A DNA stretch of 64,000 bases, from contig CP070751.1 in the NCBI GenBank assembly GCA_020348445.1, forward strand, positions 4,743,778 through 4,807,777. Direction: 5' to 3'. Every line of letters begins with the position of its first letter. The first letter of the stretch is position 1. Source of the DNA: Thermoplasmata archaeon (GTDB lineage Archaea; Thermoplasmatota; Thermoplasmata; GCA-020350865). The notes below the pieces were generated by a model. It saw nothing but the letters and a program-made list of their open reading frames with translations, made no database searches and was not told the origin of the DNA. Made by a program: the position numbers and the translations under genes. Below, one piece after another: positions 38,221 to 46,032 of the stretch.

Positions 38221-38330
38221 TGTTTACCACTGCCCTTTGTGATAATCGGAAAATGAATTGGGTGGATAAAAACCTACCGATTCAAAAAAGCTTAAAAAAG
38301 ATGAAAAAATAAAAATAAAAGCCCAATAGG

Positions 38331-38558
38331 TTATTGGGCGGGGGTTCTCAGTGCATTGTGCAGTTGCTTTGCATGGAACCAGGCGTTGTTCTCTTTCAAC
38401 CACCTGTATACATTCCATGCACCTTCTCTGTTCCCCTCAGAAAGATCTTTTTTAGCCACTGCATACCAGTATTTGGCCTGCTCCTTTGTGATGCTCATCT
38501 TGGCCCCAATATTATCTTCGCTCTCAGACACAATTTCATTATTTTCGGTTTTTTGCAT
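38331..38558 (-). CDS. Hypothetical small protein
   Basis: The ORF has a plausible helical repeat (AKYWYAVAKKDLSEGNREGAWNVYRWLKENNAWFHAKQL). I recognised no family. Confidence 0.3.
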   Translation of the reverse strand: MQKTENNEIVSESEDNIGAKMSITKEQAKYWYAVAKKDLSEGNREGAWNVYRWLKENNAWFHAKQLHNALRTPAQ

Positions 38559-38757
38559 TTTTATGCCTCCGTTTGTCTATTTTAATTTTTCACTGAATAA
38601 CGGAACTTCAGCGGAGACTGCATTTCAATCTCAAGTCTGATTATGTAATTCTATTTAAAAAACCTTATATCAGGAGTAAAGCGAAAGTAAACCCGAAATA
38701 ATCATTACTGGCTCACTTCATTTTATTATGAAAGTAGAAAATGTAAATCCTTTTGTT

Positions 38758-39507
38758 CTAATTGTCTTTTTTAGGGGTCAGTCTGTCCATTAGAGCAGTT
38801 ATGAACATCTCGGGCTCATCCACATCGAAAAGGATTTTCTTTGTTGTTTTTATCGGGGGAAATCCCAAAACAAAGGCCTTTTGAGGCCGTTTTAAGGTAA
38901 TGAGCACCCTGTATCCAAAATACCCGGATACAGCCCGATATCTTCGGGGTACCTTCAGATCTTTTGGTAAATCGGGAAGGCGGTCAGTGTCAGCTTTTAC
39001 AGATTCAATATTTTCTATGGGGATGAACAGCTCGATAAAGCTCACCCTGATTAATAGGGTTTTACCTAGTATTTCGTGGTCAGTTATATTTTTTGTAACT
39101 GTGAGCATGACCCCAAATGCCACCTCAGGAATAGAGAAATACAAAGGAATATCCAAGTAATCACTGATAACATATGATATGCCCATAAAAATCGAACCCG
39201 ATATTAGGACCGTGAGTACAAGATTGAGGTGCCCTCCTGCATGCTTGAACCGTAGCGGCTCCACACCCTGCAAATACAGAAGCACCTTGCGCTGTTTGCT
39301 ATGAGCCAGAAAGCCAAGATAACCAATTATCGCGACCGCAATTGAAATTGCGAGAATCGTATAACCCTTTCTCTCTGGTGGGAAATTAATAAGGAGCACT
39401 AAAACCTCCAGTATAAGGGTAATACCTAGTATGATTGTAAGGAGATTCCAGTTGAGGAGCCATTCGTGTTTTTTAAATGTATTTTTCCTTTTCACTGCAT
39501 ACACCAA
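38758..39507 (-). CDS. Membrane protein with four predicted TM helices and a soluble C-terminal domain, function unknown
   Basis: The hydrophobic segments are LLTIILGITLILEVLVLLI, ILAISIAVAIIGYLGFLA, LVLTVLISGSIFMGISYVI and EVAFGVMLTV. Confidence 0.45.
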   Translation of the reverse strand: MVYAVKRKNTFKKHEWLLNWNLLTIILGITLILEVLVLLINFPPERKGYTILAISIAVAIIGYLGFLAHSKQRKVLLYLQGVEPLRFKHAGGHLNLVLTVLISGSIFMGISYVISDYLDIPLYFSIPEVAFGVMLTVTKNITDHEILGKTLLIRVSFIELFIPIENIESVKADTDRLPDLPKDLKVPRRYRAVSGYFGYRVLITLKRPQKAFVLGFPPIKTTKKILFDVDEPEMFITALMDRLTPKKDN

Positions 39508-39689
39508 ATCCTCTGAAATCGGATAATGAGTTGTTCCTTTAAAAATATAAGTGATGCGAGTGTAAGCACATTACATTAATATTTTGGTTGAGACTCAAGG
39601 GATGGGGTTATCGATCAACTGGTAATAGCCATGGTATTGGAGTGAAACCGGTTTGAATTCATGATTGCACAGACAGAAATCTATTTAAA

Positions 39690-39992
39690 ATGGAATGGTA
39701 TTATAGTTTGGGGCGTGAAAAAATGGAAAATCTGACATTGCTTGGACTGATTTACCTGATTGCGGGAGCGATATTGGCAATATTTTTGCCGATAACGCTG
39801 ATATTGACAATATTTGGAATTATCCTTGTGGTAATGGGAAAATACAACACTCCCAACATATATTCACCCTATCCCATGTTCCAACCCTGTCCCGATTGCA
39901 GTCGCAATGTGGGGCCAAGCTCTCAGAAGTGCCCATATTGCGGGACACAATTAGCAGCAGAACCAGCACCTGGATATAACCCAACTCCATAA
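39690..39992 (+). CDS. Small membrane protein with a C-terminal zinc ribbon
   Basis: It has two TM segments (LLGLIYLIAGAILAIFLPITLILTIFGIILVV), then CPDCS...CPYCG. The true start may be the internal Met (MENLTLL). Confidence 0.45.
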   Translation: MEWYYSLGREKMENLTLLGLIYLIAGAILAIFLPITLILTIFGIILVVMGKYNTPNIYSPYPMFQPCPDCSRNVGPSSQKCPYCGTQLAAEPAPGYNPTP

Positions 39993-40050
39993 TCCTTTTT
40001 TATTTATATTTTTATTTTATTTCATTTTCAGGTAGAGGTAGTCCTATTTA

Positions 40051-40365
40051 GGAGGCACTGGGGTGTTCGAGCTTAAGATATCAGCATATTGTAACATAAC
40101 TCGAACATAAGCCATTTTGCGGGACCCGAGGCTTAAGATTTGATTATATTTCAATTATAAGCGAGGGATAAGCCCTTATGTGGGATGTTCGAGATTAAGA
40201 AATCAGCGTATTGTAACATAACTCGAACATAAGCCATTTTGCGGGACCCGAGGATTAAGATTCAATTATCATTTAAACATAACCGAGGGGCAAGCCCTTT
40301 TGCGGGTGTTCGAGCTTAAGCATCAAGTGATGTATAATTATAACTCGAATACAAAGTGCCCCCAC
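40051..40365. repeat. 2.5 copies of a 122-bp tandem repeat built from two related 61-nt half-units (T1, T2), flanked by tRNA-Trp 3'-end-like sequence
   Basis: TGTTCGAG starts at 40064, 40186 and 40307. CCCGAGG starts at 40125 and 40247. T1 forms a hairpin GTTCGAG-N29-CTCGAAC. T1 copies a and b differ at only a few positions. Confidence 0.7.
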
Positions 40366-40390
40366 GTATTAAAATAATTACAAAACAGAG

Positions 40391-40605
40391 TGGGGGCACT
40401 GGGATTTGAACCCAGATCAGCGGGTTTCCACCGTATAGAGAGCGACTCTATACAAGGTATTTTGGGCTTATTCTTGTGATGGGTCATTGCTCCAGTTAAT
40501 CGTCATTTCCGTTGAGCTAAACACCCAACAAATCGGTAAACCCGTTGGCAATCATTCCCATCTATAACTGGAGCCCGCGAGGATCCCTGACTACCCCATG
40601 CCCCC
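40391..40605 (-). tRNA. tRNA-Trp (anticodon CCA) with a ~142-nt intron at the canonical 37/38 position
   Basis: Exon 1 is GGGGGCA U GGGGUAGUCAGGGAUCC U C GCGGG CU CCA G (anticodon at 40569-40571). Exon 2 is A CCCGC UGAU CUGGG UUCAAAU CCCAG UGCCCCC A. The acceptor, anticodon and T stems all pair perfectly. The intron is ~40426-40567, with boundaries good to +/-2 nt. Confidence 0.85.
40488..40562 (-). ncRNA. Box C/D sRNA embedded in the tRNA-Trp intron, predicted to guide 2'-O-methylation of C34 and position 39 of its own host tRNA
   Basis: The terminal stem is GAUGGG/CCCAUC. The order is C-like AUGAUUG, 12-nt guide CCAACGGGUUUA, D'-like CCGA, C'-like AUGACGA, 12-nt guide UUAACUGGAGCA, D-like AUGA. 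Guide 2 pairs over 10 bp with GCUCCAG plus the first three intron nt, which puts C34 at N+5. Guide 1 pairs with AAACCCG-UG, which puts C39 at N+5. Confidence 0.7.
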
Positions 40606-40877
40606 ACAAAGAGCATGGCCTGGTAGAATTTTTCTCATTTCTTTCTCAACTGCTGCGCTCTCTTTCTTCTTCTCATCTTCTTTTTGCGCCATTTCCATCG
40701 TTGCTGCCCTCTTTTCTTCCAAACTCTTGAACTTCTTTTCATCAGGACTCCTCGTTTTACCAACGGGTGAAAGTGTTTCTGGTACATTTACTTTATGGCT
40801 CTAATATGTGTTTAGAATGCTTAAAGATGGGAAATAATGGACATTCCCAATTATAACGTTATTTTTTGGTTAGTCCC

Positions 40878-43800
40878 TCACTTTTCCTTTCTAGGCCATT
40901 TAAAAAACGCCACCAATGCGATTATGGCAAAGATAACAATGGTTATCAATAATAAAATAAAAGCATCCACTTCTGAGAAACCCTCTGAATCCTTATCCCC
41001 TTCACCTGAAGATCCATCAATAGGGCTATCAGTGTCAGTTGTATCTTCAACTAATTTAATCTTCACACTGTACATAGCCTGATTATCCACATTATCGGTC
41101 ACAATAACGATTATTGTATGTTTGCCCTCGGAAAGTCCAAAGGTCTCCAAATCGTACTCCCAATTTCCATTTATCAAAACCGAGGTGATGTTGATAGGCT
41201 CTTCATTATCGATGATAAGAGCCATTTCCTTGATTCCTGTATCATCAAATGCATTGCCAATAATAGAAATAGACCCACCAACAACCTCGGATTCCTCGTA
41301 GGCTGCAATCTCAACTTTTGGATCCTGGCTATCCACTTCAAACGTTGTACTTGCCTCCTCTATATGGCCTACCTGATCTTGAACCGATATAGTAATGGTG
41401 TGGGTGCCACTTTCCAGCTCCCTAGTTTCCCATAACTTATAGTTCCAATCCCCATCTGAAATCTTCCAGGTGATATCGATCACGGTCTCGTCATCAATTA
41501 TAAGATATGCATTAGTAATCCCCAAATTATCGAATGCAGTTCCGTAGAATTCTATTGGAGAGCCGGCTTTGAATACCTGATTTTCTTCTGAAACAGCGAT
41601 CTCTGTAGAAGGAGATGTGCCGTCTAATATAATCTTTATCCTATCCGAGGCTACATTACCCGAGCCATCTGTGGCTATAACCTCCACATCATGCTCCCCT
41701 TCGCTTGTTGTGTATTGGGTCTCCCAGTTATAGGACCAAAAACCATCCTGCATTATATTTGATGTGATATCTATCTGGATTGTGCTATCTATCACTATTT
41801 CCAGGGATGCTATTTCCTTATTATCTTGGGCAAAACCCGAAAAATATATGGTGTTTCCTTGTTTAAATACATCTTCATCAGAGGGGTCGTCGATTCTTAC
41901 CACAGGTGTCGTTTTCTCTAAAATTCTGATATTCCTTGTAATGTATGCCAGATTTAAGACCTCATCTATTACCCTAATAGTAATTGTGTGCTCGCCATAG
42001 TCCAGGTCATGTGTGTTTATTTTAATTGACCAGGATTCATCCACAAGATAATATGTGATATCGGTTCTGTTGACCTCGTCAGAATCGATAATCATTTCTA
42101 AAGTATCGACCATTATATTATCTGTTGCCGTTCCACTAACAATGATTGTGTCCCCTAGCCAGTAAATGGCACCCTCAAGAGGGCTTTCCACTAAAAGCTC
42201 AGGATTTATGCCGTCTAAGGATACTGTGGTCATATCGGATGCCTTATTACCCGAACCATCTGTTGCCCAAACCTCAATCTTATGCTCTCCCTCTGAAGAT
42301 GAAGAGGGTGCATTCCATCTGTAGGTCCATGTGCCGTCTTCCAGTAGATTTGATATAATATTTACAGTATCATTATTATCAAAGATAAGTTCGAGGGATG
42401 CGATCTCCTCATTGTCAGTGGCTATACCGGCGATATCGATCGTCTCCCCAGGTCGAAAAATCTGACTGTCTGTTGGATTCTGGATTCTGACTTCAGGTGA
42501 AACTTCCTCAAAGACACTGATGGCTTTTGTATCGGAGGCGTTATTTTGTGCTGTATCACTGATTATTACAGTTATTGTGTGATCACCATAACCTATATCA
42601 TCTACATCCATTTCATATGAAAAATGGTCATCAGATAGATAGGAAGTTATATCGGTAAAATTTTGCTCGTCAGAATCTATTATCAATTTTACAGATTCTA
42701 TCCATCCATTATCTGTTGCAGTTCCATTTACAGTTAATGCATCTCCTAACCAAAACGAGTCCCCTTCAGATGGACTCTCTATGTTGAGTACAGGATCAGT
42801 TGCATCCAACAAACTGAAATTTTTCTGCATCATTGAGATGTTCTCATTATCACTTGCCTTGGCCTTGACCATATGAATACCAGGTTTAAACACTGAAGTG
42901 TCTAAGGATAACTCCCATGTGGTAAATGGCTCCTCCCATTCCTCGCTTGTATCTAATGCAGGCATCCAGTTATTCATGTCATCTATATCAATTTCTACCT
43001 TGTCAACACCTTCAGGTCCCCATGCTGTACCCTCGATAATAAATATATCTCCATGAAAAAATTCCTCTCCCTCCAAAGGCTTTTCAAGAACCAATTTTAA
43101 GCTGCTGTAGATATTTACCGTGATATTGATGATTTTCGTTGTAGATTGCGAAAACTCATTGGAGAAAACAGCGTAGTATCTGTCCTCGTTGGGTAGTGTA
43201 AATAAAACATCATTTGAAATCGATCTTTCTTCAACATTATAGGCATCAAATGAAAGGTCATTTGCATAAAGGTTGTAGTTCAATAAATCCGCGATAAAGA
43301 AGTCGATATTACCCGATTGTCCATACGAGTCCCCATGCTCTCCTGTATATACATTTTCAACCTGTGTTATGTGGGCTTCTACATCATATTTTACCTCCAT
43401 TTCGAAGTGTGGATCGACAATCCCCGGAGGTGTGATTTCCTCGTAGTCCAATCTCGGAGCACTCAGAGGTAGATGAAATGTATATGTGTAACTTGCATCA
43501 GCTTCTGAATTTGATATAACCTGAGTCACTCCGTTTATGGGATCGCTTCCAAGGTCGTCTGATTCGGCACTTGACCAGAAATTCCTCTCATCCCCAAGAG
43601 GTATGGTCACATTTCCTGTATAATCAGTTGAGCCCCACGTGGTCGTGGTAAGTAGGTCAGGATTGTAATAGTATTCAGTGGACACACGGACCAAAGCTCC
43701 ATCCACAGGCATTCCAGAGTCGTCCAAAACAGTGGCAGTGTAATTGCATATCTTCGTATATTTTTTTGAAACAGACCAGATGTCGCTGTCACCTCTTGTG

Positions 43801-44930
43801 TTCCAGACCGAGGATATCTTCTTTCCCCAGCCATTCTCATACATCATTGGATTATCCACTGCACCGTCCCAATGGATCCATCTTTTATCCCAGAATTCGT
43901 TCCAAACGTGATCTTCAGCCGTATTGAGGGTACAGGTTGATGGTATCAAACCTGCCCTTGCGATGGCATTTCGCATGTCCTGGTACTCACCGCATCTTCC
44001 ATAGTGCTTTCGATAGATTCTAACAGGTTGTATGGGTCTTTCTGTGATGTCGCTTGTAAATCTCATTGATCCACTGATCCAGCTGTTACACCTCGAGATG
44101 GCCTCCCATAGCGTATATGCTCCCTCTAATTTCTCCTTAAGGAGCGGATAACCCGAATCATTGAAATAGAATAACCAATCCCTCCAGAATTTACCTGTAG
44201 GCGGTGGCACACCGTAGTTTTTGTCAAATGGAGGATCTGTTGTATAATTGTATTCGGGATCCACGTAAGTTGCGAGCTCGTCACTTAACTTCGGTTCCAC
44301 AATATACCAATAGTAAATACCTTTGGGAAGCTCGCAGCTGACATTATCCCTGTCTTTGTAGATCACGGTTGTATAGTCATCCCTTTCCACGATTTCCACG
44401 TATTTGAGATACTGATCGGCATCGTAGATCAACTGGGCATTATGGGTGATAAGCTCTGGAAAGAAGTAATCATCCTGGAGATTCTCGACTGCAGTATGAG
44501 CAATTACAAAAGCAATTTCGTCTATGTATTTCTCATCAGGTGAGTTAAGTATCAGGTTTGCGTATGTGTTCTGGAATTCAGAGGATAACTGGCGGAACTT
44601 AAAGGAGAGATTGCCCCTAAGCCATCTTGGTACCATTGCTAAGGCCTGATCGCAAGTAGGAGGTAGGTCAACTGGAGGTTTTGCTGAAAGTTCATCATCC
44701 CCAGGGTCGAAGTAGATGTAGAACGATTCGCCTGGATCGATTTGAAGAGTTTGTGTGATAGAGGCGAAAAGATCGGATTCTGTCTCATCACTATCTGTGC
44801 TTTCAATGGGGGTTGAATCCTCATCTGAACCTGGATTATCACCTGTTGTGGTACCTGGAATGATGATGTTGGATATCAAAAGCATAATTAGCATCCAAAT
44901 TAACGTGCTCCGATTTTTTGTTGATAGCAT
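40878..44930 (-). CDS. Giant surface protein with an N-terminal transglutaminase-like (papain-fold) domain, about eight Ig-like repeats and a C-terminal TM anchor
   Basis: It has a signal/anchor (LIWMLIMLLISNIIIPG). The transglutaminase-core triad context is HYGRCGEYQDM (43981-44008), EDHVWNEFWD and WIHWDG. There are ~100-aa repeats with GDxIxIxGTAxDNxxIxxLELIxD...GEHxIxVxAxDxxGN. The C-terminus is FILLLITIVIFAIIALVAFFKWPRKEK. Confidence 0.7.
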   Translation of the reverse strand: MLSTKNRSTLIWMLIMLLISNIIIPGTTTGDNPGSDEDSTPIESTDSDETESDLFASITQTLQIDPGESFYIYFDPGDDELSAKPPVDLPPTCDQALAMVPRWLRGNLSFKFRQLSSEFQNTYANLILNSPDEKYIDEIAFVIAHTAVENLQDDYFFPELITHNAQLIYDADQYLKYVEIVERDDYTTVIYKDRDNVSCELPKGIYYWYIVEPKLSDELATYVDPEYNYTTDPPFDKNYGVPPPTGKFWRDWLFYFNDSGYPLLKEKLEGAYTLWEAISRCNSWISGSMRFTSDITERPIQPVRIYRKHYGRCGEYQDMRNAIARAGLIPSTCTLNTAEDHVWNEFWDKRWIHWDGAVDNPMMYENGWGKKISSVWNTRGDSDIWSVSKKYTKICNYTATVLDDSGMPVDGALVRVSTEYYYNPDLLTTTTWGSTDYTGNVTIPLGDERNFWSSAESDDLGSDPINGVTQVISNSEADASYTYTFHLPLSAPRLDYEEITPPGIVDPHFEMEVKYDVEAHITQVENVYTGEHGDSYGQSGNIDFFIADLLNYNLYANDLSFDAYNVEERSISNDVLFTLPNEDRYYAVFSNEFSQSTTKIINITVNIYSSLKLVLEKPLEGEEFFHGDIFIIEGTAWGPEGVDKVEIDIDDMNNWMPALDTSEEWEEPFTTWELSLDTSVFKPGIHMVKAKASDNENISMMQKNFSLLDATDPVLNIESPSEGDSFWLGDALTVNGTATDNGWIESVKLIIDSDEQNFTDITSYLSDDHFSYEMDVDDIGYGDHTITVIISDTAQNNASDTKAISVFEEVSPEVRIQNPTDSQIFRPGETIDIAGIATDNEEIASLELIFDNNDTVNIISNLLEDGTWTYRWNAPSSSSEGEHKIEVWATDGSGNKASDMTTVSLDGINPELLVESPLEGAIYWLGDTIIVSGTATDNIMVDTLEMIIDSDEVNRTDITYYLVDESWSIKINTHDLDYGEHTITIRVIDEVLNLAYITRNIRILEKTTPVVRIDDPSDEDVFKQGNTIYFSGFAQDNKEIASLEIVIDSTIQIDITSNIMQDGFWSYNWETQYTTSEGEHDVEVIATDGSGNVASDRIKIILDGTSPSTEIAVSEENQVFKAGSPIEFYGTAFDNLGITNAYLIIDDETVIDITWKISDGDWNYKLWETRELESGTHTITISVQDQVGHIEEASTTFEVDSQDPKVEIAAYEESEVVGGSISIIGNAFDDTGIKEMALIIDNEEPINITSVLINGNWEYDLETFGLSEGKHTIIVIVTDNVDNQAMYSVKIKLVEDTTDTDSPIDGSSGEGDKDSEGFSEVDAFILLLITIVIFAIIALVAFFKWPRKEK

Positions 44931-45047
44931 TCAAACCGGTCCTTTTACATTGTATAATATCAACTCTATGGTTACTAAAATACATAAAATTTTGCACGAT
45001 GGACTATATATCAATATTCTATGATTATATAAAGAAATTTGAAAGAT

Positions 45048-45527
45048 TTAACCAACTACTGGAACCTCTATTCCTTTATCAGGATATCCAGATTTTTTAA
45101 CTGTAACAGATAGTGAATCCATGGTGCCTTCTTCCACCTCAAGATGTAGTCCGCTAAAGGCGGCTTCGCCGTTTTCATTGGTCTCAGCCCATGCTGTTCC
45201 ACCACTAGAGAAGCTAACATCACAACCAGATAAGGTAACAGTCGCCCCTTTAACCTTATTATTGTCGGAATCCCGGACTATTATTTTCAACGTTCCTGAT
45301 TCAGTTGAAGAGAATCCATCCCCGTTATCATCTGTCAACGTTATCTGATTTGGATCCGGTGAAATGGTTCCAAAAGATTTTGGAGTGCTTATACTATTTA
45401 ACCATGCTATAATAATGACTATGGCAATCGCTGCTATCACAACCAAGATAATCAAATACAGCGGTAATCCCTCAAGGGCACCTTTTTCGTCCCAACTAAG
45501 TTTCTTTCCAAGTTTGGCTTTGTTCAT
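45048..45527 (-). CDS. Possible archaeal type IV pilin-like (class III signal peptide) protein
   Basis: It has a basic N-terminus, then KG/ALEGLPLYLIILVVIAAIAIVIII, which resembles a prepilin-peptidase site followed by the hydrophobic helix. The C-terminal region looks like a beta-sandwich (KGATVTLSG). Confidence 0.4.
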   Translation of the reverse strand: MNKAKLGKKLSWDEKGALEGLPLYLIILVVIAAIAIVIIIAWLNSISTPKSFGTISPDPNQITLTDDNGDGFSSTESGTLKIIVRDSDNNKVKGATVTLSGCDVSFSSGGTAWAETNENGEAAFSGLHLEVEEGTMDSLSVTVKKSGYPDKGIEVPVVG

Positions 45528-45696
45528 TCATTTCCTCCCAAGTCTTTTCCTGATTCCTAAAACTCATTTTCGATATATAATACTTTTTGCAATATATATT
45601 CAAATTATACATCACTAAAAAAGTATTAACTTATTTGTATTAATTTTCGCAATTATAAAGTTGAGTTTATGAATTAAAGTATTTAAAAAAACAGAG

Positions 45697-45771
45697 CGGA
45701 CTCGGCGGGATTCGAACCCGCGACATCCAGCTTAGAAGGCTGGCGCCCTATCCATGCTAGGCCACGAGCCC
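45697..45771 (-). tRNA. tRNA-Arg (anticodon UCU), intron-less
   Basis: The minus strand reads GGGCUCG...CCAGC CU UCU AA GCUGG...GCGGG UUCGAAU CCCGC CGAGUCC G. The 7-bp acceptor stem includes G3-U70 pairing geometry G-U. The length is 75 nt. Confidence 0.9.
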
Positions 45772-45856
45772 AACTCTGAATCTGTGCCCAAAATTATGTG
45801 GTAGCTATTAAAAGTTCCCCTTGGGGGAGAAGGAAAAATTGTACCTTAAAGTCGGG

Positions 45857-45917
45857 GTGTTCAAGTTATGATTATACATCAATTTCGTCTTAAGCTTGAA
45901 CACAAACGACGGTCCAC
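45857..45917. repeat. Palindromic T-loop-like element (GTGTTCAAG-N29-CTTGAACAC) plus an inverted copy of the tRNA-Ala 3' acceptor end
   Basis: The 9-bp arms lie at 45857-45865 and 45895-45903. CGGTCCAC at 45910-45917 is the reverse complement of GTGGACCG at 45942-45949 (the tRNA-Ala 3' end). The element is ~80 percent identical by eye to the reverse complement of repeat copy T1c at 40308-40350. Confidence 0.65.
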
Positions 45918-45942
45918 GAATATAAGTATAAAATAAATAAAG

Positions 45943-46032
45943 TGGACCGGAGGGGATTTGAACCCCTGGCCTCCACCAATTTGGCCATCAAAGGATGCCA
46001 AGGTGGCGATCTTCCAACTGATCTACCGGCCC
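45943..46032 (-). tRNA. tRNA-Ala (anticodon GGC) with a 17-nt intron
   Basis: The sequence is GGGCCGG UA GAUC AGUUGGAA GAUC G CCACC UU GGC A [UCCUUUGAUGGCCAAAU] U GGUGG AGGCC AGGGG UUCAAAU CCCCU CCGGUCC A. The G3-U70 pair, the Ala identity element, is present. The intron is ~45979-45995. Confidence 0.85.

Noticed and set aside
40051-40365. Possible CRISPR array (regularly spaced conserved segments)
   Set aside because: The would-be spacers are themselves conserved between copies (T1a and T1b are nearly identical throughout). The unit is a 122-bp tandem repeat rather than a 25-40-nt repeat with unique spacers. No cas genes are present in the window.
40545-40804. Plus-strand ORFs 40545-40730 and 40598-40804, and a very basic 52-codon minus-strand ORF around 40640-40800
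   Set aside because: The plus-strand ORFs overlap the tRNA-Trp gene and translate a CT-rich tract into Ser/Leu/Phe runs. The minus-strand ORF is just the AAG/AGA-rich complement (poly Lys/Arg) with no RBS or conservation signal that I can see.
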